A DNA stretch of 64,000 bases, taken from positions 530,263 through 594,262 of the forward strand of contig JYNZ01000003.1 in the NCBI GenBank assembly GCA_001567355.1, in the 5' to 3' direction. The DNA is from a candidate division WS6 bacterium OLB20 (GTDB lineage Bacteria; Patescibacteriota; Dojkabacteria; B142; OLB20). Positions 19,081 through 29,362 of this stretch are shown in pieces. Each line of letters opens with the position of its first letter. Position 1 is the first letter of the stretch. The position numbers were made by a program, and so were the translations under genes. The notes beneath the pieces are model-generated. The model did not search any database. It was not told where the DNA came from and worked only from the letters and a program-made list of their open reading frames with translations.

Positions 19081-19752
19081 ATGAAACTTTTACTTATTGA
19101 GGACGAGGAGCAGATCGGTCTGCCACTCAAACGCTTCCTTGAAAAACAAGGATTTGCAGTTGATTACTATACGGATGGAGCCGTGGGTCAGAAAGAGGCA
19201 CAGGTCAACGCCTATGACTGTATCATCCTTGACCTTAATCTGCCCGGTAAGGACGGGCTGGAAGTAGCAGCGAGCCTGCGTAAAGCCGAAAACACAACAC
19301 CGGTTTTGATGTTGACCGCACGCAGCCAGCAGTATGACAAGATCAGCGGGTTTGAACACGGTGCTGATGACTACGTGACAAAGCCATTTCATTTAAAAGA
19401 ACTCCTCCTGCGCATTCAGGCTCTGATACGCAGGAACAGCCATGACCGGCGAGAGGTTTTACGTGCGGGGAACATTGAGGTAATACCGGCACAACGGGTT
19501 GTCACCCGCAACGGAACTGCTGTCGATCTGACTGCCAAGGAGTTTGGTATTCTTGAGTACCTTATCCGCAACGGTGGACGCCCTGTCAGCCAGGAGGAGC
19601 TGCTTGAACATGTATGGGACAGTGAGGTTGACTCTTTTACCCAGACCGTAAAAACCACAATTAAAACACTCCGGCAAAAGATCGACCCTCAGAAGAGCCT
19701 CATAGAGACAGTTCGCGGCGCCGGTTACAGAATCGCAAATACTTCACCCTGA
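19081..19752 (+). CDS. OmpR-family two-component response regulator
   Basis: Receiver MKLLLIEDEE...ILDLNLPGKDG, winged-helix C-terminus (VRGAGYRI). Confidence 0.85.
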   Translation: MKLLLIEDEEQIGLPLKRFLEKQGFAVDYYTDGAVGQKEAQVNAYDCIILDLNLPGKDGLEVAASLRKAENTTPVLMLTARSQQYDKISGFEHGADDYVTKPFHLKELLLRIQALIRRNSHDRREVLRAGNIEVIPAQRVVTRNGTAVDLTAKEFGILEYLIRNGGRPVSQEELLEHVWDSEVDSFTQTVKTTIKTLRQKIDPQKSLIETVRGAGYRIANTSP

Positions 19753-19841
19753 TTTCACCAGCCATTTCGTAGGATACCTTCAGATGCTCAAGCAGATTGT
19801 CTGCTACACCAGCATCACATTTTATTTGTTAATTACAGATC

Positions 19842-20380
19842 ATGAATACAAAATCTGTAATTGCAGGAGGCGTCGCGGCAGGACTGCTGCTTGGCGGCTC
19901 GCTGCTTGGCGGTACTGTCATTGCGACAGTAGCTGCGCAGGATTCGACTCTCACTACAGTGACAGCCGAAGCACCACATGTTACAATTTTTTCAACGTGT
20001 GGCGGAGATTCTTGGTATCAGCAGTGATCAGCTGGAAGATGCCTTAAAAAACAGCTCGCATCGAACATGTCGATGACAGAGTTGCACAGGGCGATATCAC
20101 TGAAGAACGTGGAGCCGAAATCAAGGAGAGGATTCAGAGCTCAGAATACGGTTTTGGCATAGGTCAATTCCGGGGTCACAGAGGCCTAGCGGGAGATCTG
20201 CTGGCAGATTTTCTGGGTATCAGTGATGAAGAACTGCGTTCAAAACTCGATGCAGGTCAGACGCCCGCTGACATTCTCACAGAATACGGAAAAACTCATG
20301 ATGAGTTCAGATCCTACCTGGAGGAAAACAGACAGGCAGGAGCCGAGAGACATACGAGAGGACAAGGTATGGGTCTGCAC
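19842..20380 (+). pseudogene. Fragmented gene for a small secreted protein with ILGIS/FLGIS helical repeats (frameshifts at T6 19985-19990 and A6 20043-20048)
   Basis: Signal peptide MNTKSVIAGGVAAGLLLGG..., then VAEILGISSDQLEDALK and ADFLGISDEELRSKLDAGQTPADIL in other frames. Confidence 0.4.
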
Positions 20381-20711
20381 AGATAAGGCATATTCCACAC
20401 AGTCCCGCTATGCGGGACTGTGTCAGTTATAGCAGTGCACAGCACCTCCAGGGATAAACACCGTATCGGTTGCTTCGCCATCACTTACCTCCAGCACCAG
20501 AAATTTCACATTCGGGATCTGGTCAATTACCTGCGGACACTCTGTAAGGATATAACCAGCACAGGAGCATAGGGAATGGGCAAGTACAAAGTACAAATGT
20601 GACCTGTCGTTCTGTTCCGGATACAGATCGTATTCCATCACTATATCGAAAAAAATTGACGTCATTCTCTCACATATCTAAGAAATTGCAAGATCTTACA
20701 GTCGTCAAGTA

Positions 20712-21866
20712 ATGTATAGTTTAGTCATGAATTTCACCCGAACAATCCGCTTCAGACTTACACTGATCTATTCTCTCGTCGTGTTCGCGTTCTGCGGGAT
20801 TTTTGTTCTGGCAATCAATATGTACGTTACAGGCTGGGTAAACAGCGAGCCGCCATTGCCGCTATCAGTTATAGCAGGGAGCAACAACCGTCCAGGTGGA
20901 CAGGCCTTAAGGAGATTTGCTGATATTGCTGAGGCAGAACGTGCACGGATCAGGGAGTTTCGTATTCAGGATATGCTTCAATTGCGGCAGGCAAGCCTGA
21001 TCTCGTTGTTTCCTATCGCCGGCGCAAGTTTTATTGCAGGCTATCTGATCAGTGGACGAATGCTCAAACCCCTAAGCAAACTGAACAAACAGATGGAGCA
21101 GACCGATTCAGGTACACTTGGTAACAGGATACTGTATACAGGGCCGGATGATGAGATCGGTAAACTGATCTCCACATATAACGGTATGGCCGAACGTCTG
21201 GCTCAGACATTTGAATTGCAGGAGCAATTTATTCAGAACGCATCCCATGAACTTAAGACACCGATGGCAATCATCCATACCAATCTCGAATCAGTCGTTG
21301 AGGACGTTGATGCCACACCGCATGATTTGCGAAAAGCAGTAAAAGCAGCACTTACTGGCACAGCCAACCTGAACAAACTCGTAGAAGATCTGTTAACACT
21401 GTCGCTCGTGCAGCAGAGCCATGAACCGGTTAATCTGGGAGAAGTTATAAACAGCGTTATCACTACAATCAGTTCAAGAGAACGGCGGATTGTTTCTATG
21501 ACCGGTATGACAGACCAGCTGACAGTTAATGGTAATCGATTTTTGCTGGAAAGAGCATTTTCTAATCTGCTGGACAATGCACTTAAACACGCCGATTCAT
21601 CTGATCCGTTTGTAGAGGTTGAGATCAAACACCAGAGGGGTTCTGCAGTTATCAGGGTCACCAACAACGGGGACCAGATATCGCCTCGTGACCTTCCACG
21701 TGTCTTTGAACGGTTCTACAGAGCAGGAGACCAGAAGAAAACAGGCTTTGGGCTTGGACTCTCAATTTCCTCCAAGGTAATACGCGATCATGAAGGTTCA
21801 ATTTCAGCTGAGTCGGAAAACGGTCTTACCTCATTCACAGTCACACTTCCGCTCAAAAGGACTTGA
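20712..21866 (+). CDS. Sensor histidine kinase (two TM + HAMP + HisKA + HATPase)
   Basis: H-box ASHELKTPMAII, N-box LLDNALKH, G-boxes GFGLGLS. Confidence 0.85.
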   Translation: MYSLVMNFTRTIRFRLTLIYSLVVFAFCGIFVLAINMYVTGWVNSEPPLPLSVIAGSNNRPGGQALRRFADIAEAERARIREFRIQDMLQLRQASLISLFPIAGASFIAGYLISGRMLKPLSKLNKQMEQTDSGTLGNRILYTGPDDEIGKLISTYNGMAERLAQTFELQEQFIQNASHELKTPMAIIHTNLESVVEDVDATPHDLRKAVKAALTGTANLNKLVEDLLTLSLVQQSHEPVNLGEVINSVITTISSRERRIVSMTGMTDQLTVNGNRFLLERAFSNLLDNALKHADSSDPFVEVEIKHQRGSAVIRVTNNGDQISPRDLPRVFERFYRAGDQKKTGFGLGLSISSKVIRDHEGSISAESENGLTSFTVTLPLKRT

Positions 21867-22588
21867 GGCGGAATATGTGCTACAATCAGCCATATCAACA
21901 TTTTTCTGTTATGAGTAACTACTTTACATACATCCTTAATCCGTCAACGTATAAATCGCTGTCGGGTAAGATGAGTGCAAAATTTGTGATTATTCTGTAT
22001 CTGATCTCTTCTGCAATCAGCGGCATTGCACAGGTTCTGCTGATGATGTTCAGCGATGACCCTTCGTACGATCAGCTGAATGAGCTTTTTGGAGGCGCAG
22101 GTGTCGCTTTTTCCATCATCGGATTTATCATCGCACTGATTATCGGACTTGCGATCACCGTGGTTATGTATGTTATGCTGGCATTCTTCAGTCAGGCCCT
22201 CATCTCGAGTAATGCGGACAAGCCAACGCTGCGCGAGGTGCTCAGGATCTACATTTTCGCATACCTCCCGAATATCCTGATCGGACTGATCATCAGTCTG
22301 ATTACAGCAATGTTCGTGCCGTTTATTGCCATCGCTCCCGGATTTGAAGTTGTATACGGAGTTGTCTCACTTGTTCTTGGCTGCGTCGCAATTATCGCAG
22401 GTCTGTGGTCAATCTACCTGCTTGTCGCCAGCATCCAGTCACGGTACAGCACATCAACCGGTAATGCTCTTGTATCAGGCTGTCTGCCGATGATTGCATT
22501 GTACATCTGCATCTTTGTCTGCATTCTGGTGAGCGCATTCGGATTTGCGGCACTGCTGATGAGCAGCTACTCAACCATCAGCTACTGA
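21863..22588 (+). CDS. Multi-pass membrane protein (Yip1-like?)
   Basis: 5 hydrophobic helices; overlaps HK stop (ATGA). Confidence 0.35.
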   Translation: MRRNMCYNQPYQHFSVMSNYFTYILNPSTYKSLSGKMSAKFVIILYLISSAISGIAQVLLMMFSDDPSYDQLNELFGGAGVAFSIIGFIIALIIGLAITVVMYVMLAFFSQALISSNADKPTLREVLRIYIFAYLPNILIGLIISLITAMFVPFIAIAPGFEVVYGVVSLVLGCVAIIAGLWSIYLLVASIQSRYSTSTGNALVSGCLPMIALYICIFVCILVSAFGFAALLMSSYSTISY

Positions 22589-22787
22589 GCAGAGGACATC
22601 ACATCGTCTTCAAACCAGTACGAGCGCAAATAACCCACTGCGAGGTCAGATCAGCGAGTACGTAAATAGAGACAGAGTTAGAGATTAGTTAAGCGGTAGT
22701 CTGGTAGGATCTATATCAGGTGGAACGGGGCGACAGCCCGGGGGATTAAGACATTAGCGGAGCAACCCGCCCCGCTGCACCAGCAAC

Positions 22788-23387
22788 CTACTCCTCAGCT
22801 CCCTCTTCCGGTGTAAACGGATTCTGCATTCCAAACCGGATCTCCGGTGTATGGTTATTGATGATGTCCTCAGGTATTCCGTATTTGGCAGCATACATTC
22901 CATCTACGGCTCCAAAATATGCACCAGAATAGTCATATCCAAGTGCTTCAGCCGCCAGGATGACAGCCTCTTCGGATTCACCTTCTATCTCGATAAACGG
23001 TTCAAGAAATGGCCATTCGTCAATCGTAATCACCACGCCATCAAGATCCCAGGCCTCACGAAGATTGTCCTGCAACGCCTTGAGTTTGCAACCAATAGTT
23101 TGCAGAAGAGCTGATGCCGCATCAAAATCGTTAACCGTAAGCTCAATTTCTCTCTGTCCGCTTATACCCGTGTTATTCTCGACGACCTTGAGTGAAAGTG
23201 TGATCCGATCCTGTTCACGCCGGACGCGCAGCCAGCCGTGGGGTATTTCGTTTCCCTCGGGCAGATCAAACACTGCCCTTGTCTGCAGATATTCGGGGTA
23301 CTTGAGAGTCGCGCCAGCACCAGAAAGACGCTGCCTCGCATCATCTTTAGATGCAATCATAAATGTCGCCTCAAATTCCGTAGCCAT
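22788..23387 (-). CDS. CYTH-domain protein (CyaB/ThTPase-like triphosphate tunnel metalloenzyme)
   Basis: EFEATF, WLRVRREQDRITLSLK, REIELTVND, IDEWPFLEPFIEIEGE pattern. Confidence 0.55.
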   Translation of the reverse strand: MATEFEATFMIASKDDARQRLSGAGATLKYPEYLQTRAVFDLPEGNEIPHGWLRVRREQDRITLSLKVVENNTGISGQREIELTVNDFDAASALLQTIGCKLKALQDNLREAWDLDGVVITIDEWPFLEPFIEIEGESEEAVILAAEALGYDYSGAYFGAVDGMYAAKYGIPEDIINNHTPEIRFGMQNPFTPEEGAEE

Positions 23388-23522
23388 CACCTGTTCCCTG
23401 GCTTCTTTACCGGGATTATGCGTTTCCATCTCTGCAGGGTTAACTGTCATGATTATATCAGAGGATATAGTGATTCAATAAAGAATGTGTGTCACTGGAG
23501 ACAGCGATACTTTTCCGTTTAA

Positions 23523-23546
23523 AAAACCACCTGACGGTGGTTTCCT
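23523..23546 (-). terminator. Intrinsic terminator downstream of tRNA-Ser (AACCACC-GTCAG-GGTGGTT + T6 on minus strand)
   Basis: Hairpin plus TTTTTT read on minus strand. Confidence 0.5.
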
Positions 23547-23549
23547 AAA

Positions 23550-23638
23550 CGGAGAGGACAGGATTCGAACCTGCGGTAGGATTTGACTCCTACAACGATT
23601 TAGCAAACCGTCGCTTTCGACCACTCAGCCACCTCTCC
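23550..23638 (-). tRNA. tRNA-Ser (anticodon GCU), long variable arm, discriminator G, CCA not encoded
   Basis: Reverse complement GGAGAGGTGGCTGAGTGGTCGAAAGCGACGGTTTGCTAAATCGTTGTAGGAGTCAAATCCTACCGCAGGTTCGAATCCTGTCCTCTCCG: acceptor GGAGAGG/CCTCTCC, anticodon loop TTGCTAA, T-arm GGTTCGAATCC. Confidence 0.85.
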
Positions 23639-23810
23639 GCACTTGGGTCAAATCATCACGACGTTTTGAGACGTAGAGAATTATAACAGCTGGCACAGCA
23701 GTTAGAAAAGGCGGTTTGCTCTGTAAATCATCAGTTTTCCGCAGCATTCCTGCTGCAGTACTTGCCCCTTGTAAAAAACAGGAATACAATAAATAAATCA
23801 TCTTCCATCT

Positions 23811-24641
23811 ATGAATACACTACCGCTCCGGTTTCTTGCGTTTCTGTCAATTATTCTGACAATCTTTATCAATCTGCTTGCCAACGCATTGCCGATCGCA
23901 GGCCGGACTACAGCAGAGATATCAGACATGTTTGGCGTTCTGTTTGTTCCGGCGGGGTATGTTTTTGCGATCTGGGGTCTTATCTATATTGCCATCCTCG
24001 GCTATGGCATCTGGCAGATACACCACAAGCAGGAAAAGCTTGAGCTGGCAGACAGGATTGCACCACTGGTAATCATCACATCAATTGCAAACTCGATCTG
24101 GATCTTTCTCTGGCACAACCTGCAGATAGAACTGTCCCTGTTTGCAATGCTTACTCTGCTCCTGGCACTGATCATGATCTACACCCGGGTAGCAAAATAC
24201 AGCGGAGATGCAGCAAAATCATCGCTCTACAAGGTGTTTGTGAAAGGAACGTTTTCTCTCTATCTCGGCTGGATATCCGTAGCAACAATAGCCAATGTTA
24301 CCAATGTTCTCTACCTTCGCATGTATGACATCGCAGGAACAAGTCTTGAGCTGCTGCAGACGATCAGCTTCAGGCCTATGCTGCTCAACATTCCCGACGA
24401 GATCTGGGCAGCTTCTCTGATCGTTATTGCTGGCGTTCTTGCCTCTGCGATGCTGATTCGCTACAGAGACTTTGTTTATGCACTCGTTATCCTGTGGGCG
24501 CTGGTCGGGATCTATGTAAAGTTTACCGAAATCCGCGAGATCACGATTGCAGTATTTGCCTCTGTGCTGATCATTCTTGCTGCGATGAATCTGGTAAGAA
24601 TGCGGAAAGAACCGCTAAAGACTAGGAAGAAGCGATCATAA
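23811..24641 (+). CDS. Multi-pass membrane protein (N-terminus weakly TspO/MBR-like)
   Basis: About 8 hydrophobic helices; FVPAGYVFAIWGLIY resembles the TspO FPLAWTSLY region; low confidence. Confidence 0.3.
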   Translation: MNTLPLRFLAFLSIILTIFINLLANALPIAGRTTAEISDMFGVLFVPAGYVFAIWGLIYIAILGYGIWQIHHKQEKLELADRIAPLVIITSIANSIWIFLWHNLQIELSLFAMLTLLLALIMIYTRVAKYSGDAAKSSLYKVFVKGTFSLYLGWISVATIANVTNVLYLRMYDIAGTSLELLQTISFRPMLLNIPDEIWAASLIVIAGVLASAMLIRYRDFVYALVILWALVGIYVKFTEIREITIAVFASVLIILAAMNLVRMRKEPLKTRKKRS

Positions 24642-25262
24642 CCCCCCGGCGAGATTAACAGTCAGGTCTGCCCGTCCGTCAAACATGATCATCGTGATAA
24701 ATGATCCGTCTTTAGTCACCGAGAATACTGCATACGTATCACCAAGAGTCTCACCTGCAGTCCCTGCAGATCCGTCGTCAGTCCAGCCCAGCGCCAGGAG
24801 TTCATTGCGGTAATTATCAACATCGGCTGCAGTGACATCGCTGAAAGACAGTACCCAGATTCCGCCCTCGCTGGTACCCGCGACTTCAGAATCTGTAAAT
24901 GTTCCTGCGCTAAACTGCGGGATATCATCCGGAATGTCAGCAGGCCATCCGTCCCCTGCAAAGATCTCAAGTTCACGGTCATCAGTGCCTGAAAGGTCAC
25001 GCAGGCTGTCCTCATATTCAGCAAGGTCGCCTGAGTATTGAGAGAACTGATCGTCAAATTCCCGGGAAAACTGATTCCAGACTTCTGTAATCACAACAGT
25101 TCCTGTCAGAGAGAGGATTGCACAAAGTGCGCACAGAATCAGAATCAGAACGCCACACCCGATGAGCGTAAAGCGCAACGTCCTGTTTAAAGCAGCAGCG
25201 CTGTCCTGTGCAGTATGAATCTGATCGGGTTCAAGCGCATCCTGTTGTAGCGGGTGTTCCAT
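24636..25262 (-). CDS. Membrane-anchored hypothetical protein
   Basis: Single TM LIGCGVLILILCALCAILSL, acidic extracytoplasmic domain. Confidence 0.3.
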   Translation of the reverse strand: MEHPLQQDALEPDQIHTAQDSAAALNRTLRFTLIGCGVLILILCALCAILSLTGTVVITEVWNQFSREFDDQFSQYSGDLAEYEDSLRDLSGTDDRELEIFAGDGWPADIPDDIPQFSAGTFTDSEVAGTSEGGIWVLSFSDVTAADVDNYRNELLALGWTDDGSAGTAGETLGDTYAVFSVTKDGSFITMIMFDGRADLTVNLAGGL

Positions 25263-25326
25263 AGAAGTATTCTACACTGATCGGGACGTAATTGTCCTGC
25301 GCTCAAAAAAGGCATACCATAAGGGT

Positions 25327-27057
25327 ATGGAAGCTACACTGATGTCTCTCGTGATACCGCTAATGACAAGTGCGCTCATAGTAGTAGTATTCATGAGCGC
25401 TGCCTGGGTTGCAGGTATCATCCGCAAGGATAACAGCTCAGTCGATATTGCCTGGGGCATCGGCATTATTCTGATTGCGGCCTCCGTCTACTTCAATCAT
25501 GCAGAGGGCTACAGCAGACAGATAATGTCTGTGCTTCTGGTGATCATCTGGGGCACGAGACTTTCCGTACACATTGCCGTCCGCAATGCAGGTAAAGGTG
25601 AAGATGCCCGCTATGCTGCATTTCGCAAGCAGTGGAAACCAAACTGGCTTCTGCAGAGTTACCTGAAAATCTACATGCTTCAGGGTGCTCTTCAGCTTGT
25701 AATTGTGCTGCCGGTAATACTTGCCGCAGTATATTCAGGACCCGGGTTCTACATCATCAATACTCTTGGCTTTCTGCTCTGGACTGCCGGCTTCTTTATC
25801 GAATCGGGATCTGACCTGCAGCTTTTGCTGCATAAATGGCGTCACCCGAAAGAGCTTCTGACCTCAGAATTCTGGCGATACAGCAGACATCCTAACTATT
25901 TCGGCGAGGCAGTGCAGTGGTGGGGGATATTCCTTATCACGGTCGGGTCACCGTTCTGGATAATAGGTCTCATCAGTCCCCTTACTCTGACCTGGCTCCT
26001 GATACGCGTATCTGGTGTCAGGATGACCGAAAAGCAGCTGAAGGGCAGGCAGGGACACAGCTCGTATGTAAAAAACACGTCAGCATTTATTCCCTGGTTT
26101 CCGCGCGGCTCGAGACCCGGCACCGCCAGGATCCTTACTCTTTCTGCTGCAATCATTGTTTCTCTCTTCTGCATTCTGCCTTACCTGACACCGCTTCCTC
26201 AAACAGCAGATATACCGGCAGGTACCCGTATCCGCACCGGTTCAATACTGTCGGCGGAGGGCTACAGGACCTATTACGATGCGCAGGGTGATCCGTCACA
26301 TCCGGCGATAGTGCTTCTGCACGGCTTCGGGGGAACTATTGATGACTGGCAGCAGACTGTACCGTCTCTTGTTGAAGCCGGTTATTTTGTCATTGTCCCG
26401 GAACTGAAAGGCTTCGGTCAGTCCGAAAAAGTACTGGATCAGGACTATACACACGCCGCACAGGCAGCTCATGTTTTTGCGCTTATGGACAAACTTGGTG
26501 TGCAGCATGCTGTTGTCACGGGTCACAGTATGGGTGCCAACATTGCGGTCACAATGGCACAGGTCAACCCGTCCCGGGTAAGCCGGCTCGTACTCGTTGA
26601 TGCCGCACTTGTCGAGTCCGCACCGTTTCCGCAGCTGTCCCACCTGGCCGGTGTACCCGTTGTCCGCGACTGGATTCGACATGCTCTGCGAAACAGCATC
26701 TCACCGGCTTCTGCCGGGGGCATTCTCAGGTCAGCTGTATCTGATGCCCGGACTGTAACGCCGGAGATGGAGAAAAGCTACGGCGCGGCACTGACTGGCG
26801 ACTGGGACCTTGCTCTGATTGGTATTATCCGTGACAGCGGAAACAACACTCTGCCCCTGCCCCTCAAGGACACGCCTGCAGCTGTATCTGTCATCTGGGG
26901 CGCTGAGGATCCCTGGATTCCTTTTTCAGAAGGAGAACATATCTGCAGACAGACCGGATGTACACCAGGCGTAACTGGTATTCAGAACAGCGGGCATCTT
27001 CCGATGCTTGAGCAGCCTGCTCTATTTAACCGGAAACTGCTCGACCTGATCACATAA
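25327..27057 (+). CDS. Fusion protein: DUF1295/ICMT-like membrane domain + alpha/beta-hydrolase domain
   Basis: N-terminus RHPNYFGEAVQWWG (DUF1295/isoprenylcysteine methyltransferase-like); C-terminus LLHGFGGT and nucleophile elbow GHSMGANIA. Confidence 0.6.
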   Translation: MEATLMSLVIPLMTSALIVVVFMSAAWVAGIIRKDNSSVDIAWGIGIILIAASVYFNHAEGYSRQIMSVLLVIIWGTRLSVHIAVRNAGKGEDARYAAFRKQWKPNWLLQSYLKIYMLQGALQLVIVLPVILAAVYSGPGFYIINTLGFLLWTAGFFIESGSDLQLLLHKWRHPKELLTSEFWRYSRHPNYFGEAVQWWGIFLITVGSPFWIIGLISPLTLTWLLIRVSGVRMTEKQLKGRQGHSSYVKNTSAFIPWFPRGSRPGTARILTLSAAIIVSLFCILPYLTPLPQTADIPAGTRIRTGSILSAEGYRTYYDAQGDPSHPAIVLLHGFGGTIDDWQQTVPSLVEAGYFVIVPELKGFGQSEKVLDQDYTHAAQAAHVFALMDKLGVQHAVVTGHSMGANIAVTMAQVNPSRVSRLVLVDAALVESAPFPQLSHLAGVPVVRDWIRHALRNSISPASAGGILRSAVSDARTVTPEMEKSYGAALTGDWDLALIGIIRDSGNNTLPLPLKDTPAAVSVIWGAEDPWIPFSEGEHICRQTGCTPGVTGIQNSGHLPMLEQPALFNRKLLDLIT

Positions 27058-27062
27058 TAAAC

Positions 27063-28535
27063 ATGAAGATTGTAATCATCGGAGCCGGATATTCCGGCCT
27101 TACTGCTGCAGCATGGCTGGCCCATCAGGGTCACAACGTCACCGTGCTCGAAAAACATTCAATGCCCGGCGGTCGGGCACGCATTATCAACGAAAGCGGT
27201 TTCCGCTTTGACATCGGTCCCTCATGGTACATGATGCCCGAGATATTCGACCGTTTCTTTGAGCAACTGGGACGAAAGCGCAGCGACTACTACAACCTGA
27301 TCCGTCTAGATCCGTCGTACAGGATTTTCTGGGGTAAAGACGATGCCATGGATATCGCCAGCGAAGCAGATGCTGTTGCAGAGCTCTTCGAGTCTATCGA
27401 ACCGGGAGCAGGTGAACAGTTTCGCAGATACCTGGCTGACGCACAGTATAAATACGAGATGGCATCAAAAGACTTTTTGTATCAGCGCTTTGGCAGCGTC
27501 CTGGATCTGCTTAAACCCTCCCTGATATTTGACAGGAAAGGGTATGACATACTGCGAAACTTTCACAAACATTCACTGCGCTTCTTCAAAAATGACCGTC
27601 TGGTCAAAATTGTGGAATGGATGATTACGTTTCTTGGCAGCTCACCGTATAACGCTCCTGCTATCTACTCTCTGATCGCGCATGCTGAGTTTAACCTGGG
27701 GATTTACTATCCAGAGGGTGGTCTTTACAGCGTCTCGGACGGTCTGGCACGACTTGCTCAGGATACAGGCGCAAAGATTGTGCTTAATGCTGATGTGCGG
27801 CATATCACTGTTAAAGACGGACGGGCTGTTTCAGTTGAGACACATGATAGCAGCTTTGCAGCGGATGCGGTTTTGTCCTCTGCAGACTATGCCTTTACAG
27901 AACTCAACCTGCTTGATGCTAAAGACAGAACCTATAACGAACGCTACTGGGCAAAAAAAACCTATTCTCCGTCCTCGCTTCTGTTTTACGTTGGCATCAA
28001 TAAACAGCTGAAGAACGTTCTCCACCACAATCTTTACCTCGACGAGAAGTCGGACTGGCAGGGACATTTTGACTCGCTCTATGGCAATCTGCGCTGGCCT
28101 GAGGATCCGATGTTCTACCTGAGTGTCACATCAAAGACTGATCCGACCGTTGCGCCAGAGGGATCAGAAAACCTTGTCTTTCTGATTCCTGTAGCACCTG
28201 GTATTGAGGATACAGAAGAAATCCGGGAGAAATATTTTGAGAATATTGTCAGCAGGTTTGAGGATATCACCGGCGAAACGATCAGGGACGCAATCGTTGT
28301 AAAAAAGAGCTACGCAATCAATGATTTTGAACGGGATTACGGTGCCTACAAGGGCAATGCATTTGGACTGGCGCATACGCTGTTCCAGACAGCAAACTTC
28401 AGACCGGATAACAGAAGCAAGAAAGTGCGCAATCTGTCATATGCAGGTTGCATGACGCAGCCAGGTATCGGGACACCGCTGTCTATCATTTCGGGCGAGG
28501 TTGCCGGCAGGGATCTGTTAGAAAGAGTGTCATAA
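27063..28535 (+). CDS. crtI: Phytoene desaturase family FAD-dependent oxidoreductase (CrtI/CrtN-like)
   Basis: MKIVIIGAGYSGLTAAAWL dinucleotide-binding motif; 490 aa; adjacent to phytoene synthase. Confidence 0.8.
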   Translation: MKIVIIGAGYSGLTAAAWLAHQGHNVTVLEKHSMPGGRARIINESGFRFDIGPSWYMMPEIFDRFFEQLGRKRSDYYNLIRLDPSYRIFWGKDDAMDIASEADAVAELFESIEPGAGEQFRRYLADAQYKYEMASKDFLYQRFGSVLDLLKPSLIFDRKGYDILRNFHKHSLRFFKNDRLVKIVEWMITFLGSSPYNAPAIYSLIAHAEFNLGIYYPEGGLYSVSDGLARLAQDTGAKIVLNADVRHITVKDGRAVSVETHDSSFAADAVLSSADYAFTELNLLDAKDRTYNERYWAKKTYSPSSLLFYVGINKQLKNVLHHNLYLDEKSDWQGHFDSLYGNLRWPEDPMFYLSVTSKTDPTVAPEGSENLVFLIPVAPGIEDTEEIREKYFENIVSRFEDITGETIRDAIVVKKSYAINDFERDYGAYKGNAFGLAHTLFQTANFRPDNRSKKVRNLSYAGCMTQPGIGTPLSIISGEVAGRDLLERVS

Positions 28536-29362
28536 TGGAACAGAAGAATCAGATTTTCAAAGACGGCAGCAAGACCTTCTACTATGCATCACGGTTCTTC
28601 CCGGCAGGCAAACGCCAGGATGTTGCGACACTGTATGCGTTTGTCAGGCTGCCCGACAACTATGTCGATCGTATCCCGCAGCTCCCCGATGAGTTTTACT
28701 CGTTCCGTAAACTGTATGAGCAGTCCGCATCAGCTGTCACCGGCAACAAAGTAATCGATGACTTCCGGGCTCTGCAGCTGAGGAAGCATTTCAAACAGGC
28801 CTGGATTGAGGCCTATCTTGATGCGATGGAACGCGATCTGTCCGAAAATGTCATCCGTACCGAAACTGACATGCTTGACTATGTTCACGGTTCAGCTGAG
28901 GTGGTCGGGCTTATGATGAGCCGCATTCTTGACCTGCCCGAGAATCTGGATGAATACGCAATCAAACTGGGGAGAGCGTATCAGCTGATCAACTTTATCA
29001 GGGATGTTGATGAGGACATCACATTTGGAAGAACATATTTTCCGGAAGAGGATCTGAAGAAGTTTGGCATCTATCCGCTGACGAAAGAGAGTATCTACCG
29101 CCACCAGCAGGAGTTTTCTGACATGATGCGCTTTCAGATACAACGTTTCCGTACGTGGCATACAGAGGCAATGTCCGGAGTGTCCGCAATGCCCTATCGC
29201 TACCGAGTGCCGGTTCTGACAGCAAGCGCTCAGTATCTGTGGACGGCTTCGGTCATCGACCGTGACCCGATGACTGTTATGGAACAAAAAGTAAAACCCT
29301 CGCGCTGGCAGGTGATTTCCGGAGGGCTTGCCGCTTCAATAACCCAGCTTCTGCGACGCTGA
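28535..29362 (+). CDS. crtB: Phytoene/squalene synthase family (CrtB/CrtM-like)
   Basis: YASRFFPAGKRQDVATLYAFVRLPDNYVDR (isoprenoid synthase Asp-rich region); TAATG overlap with crtI stop. Confidence 0.8.
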   Translation: MEQKNQIFKDGSKTFYYASRFFPAGKRQDVATLYAFVRLPDNYVDRIPQLPDEFYSFRKLYEQSASAVTGNKVIDDFRALQLRKHFKQAWIEAYLDAMERDLSENVIRTETDMLDYVHGSAEVVGLMMSRILDLPENLDEYAIKLGRAYQLINFIRDVDEDITFGRTYFPEEDLKKFGIYPLTKESIYRHQQEFSDMMRFQIQRFRTWHTEAMSGVSAMPYRYRVPVLTASAQYLWTASVIDRDPMTVMEQKVKPSRWQVISGGLAASITQLLRR

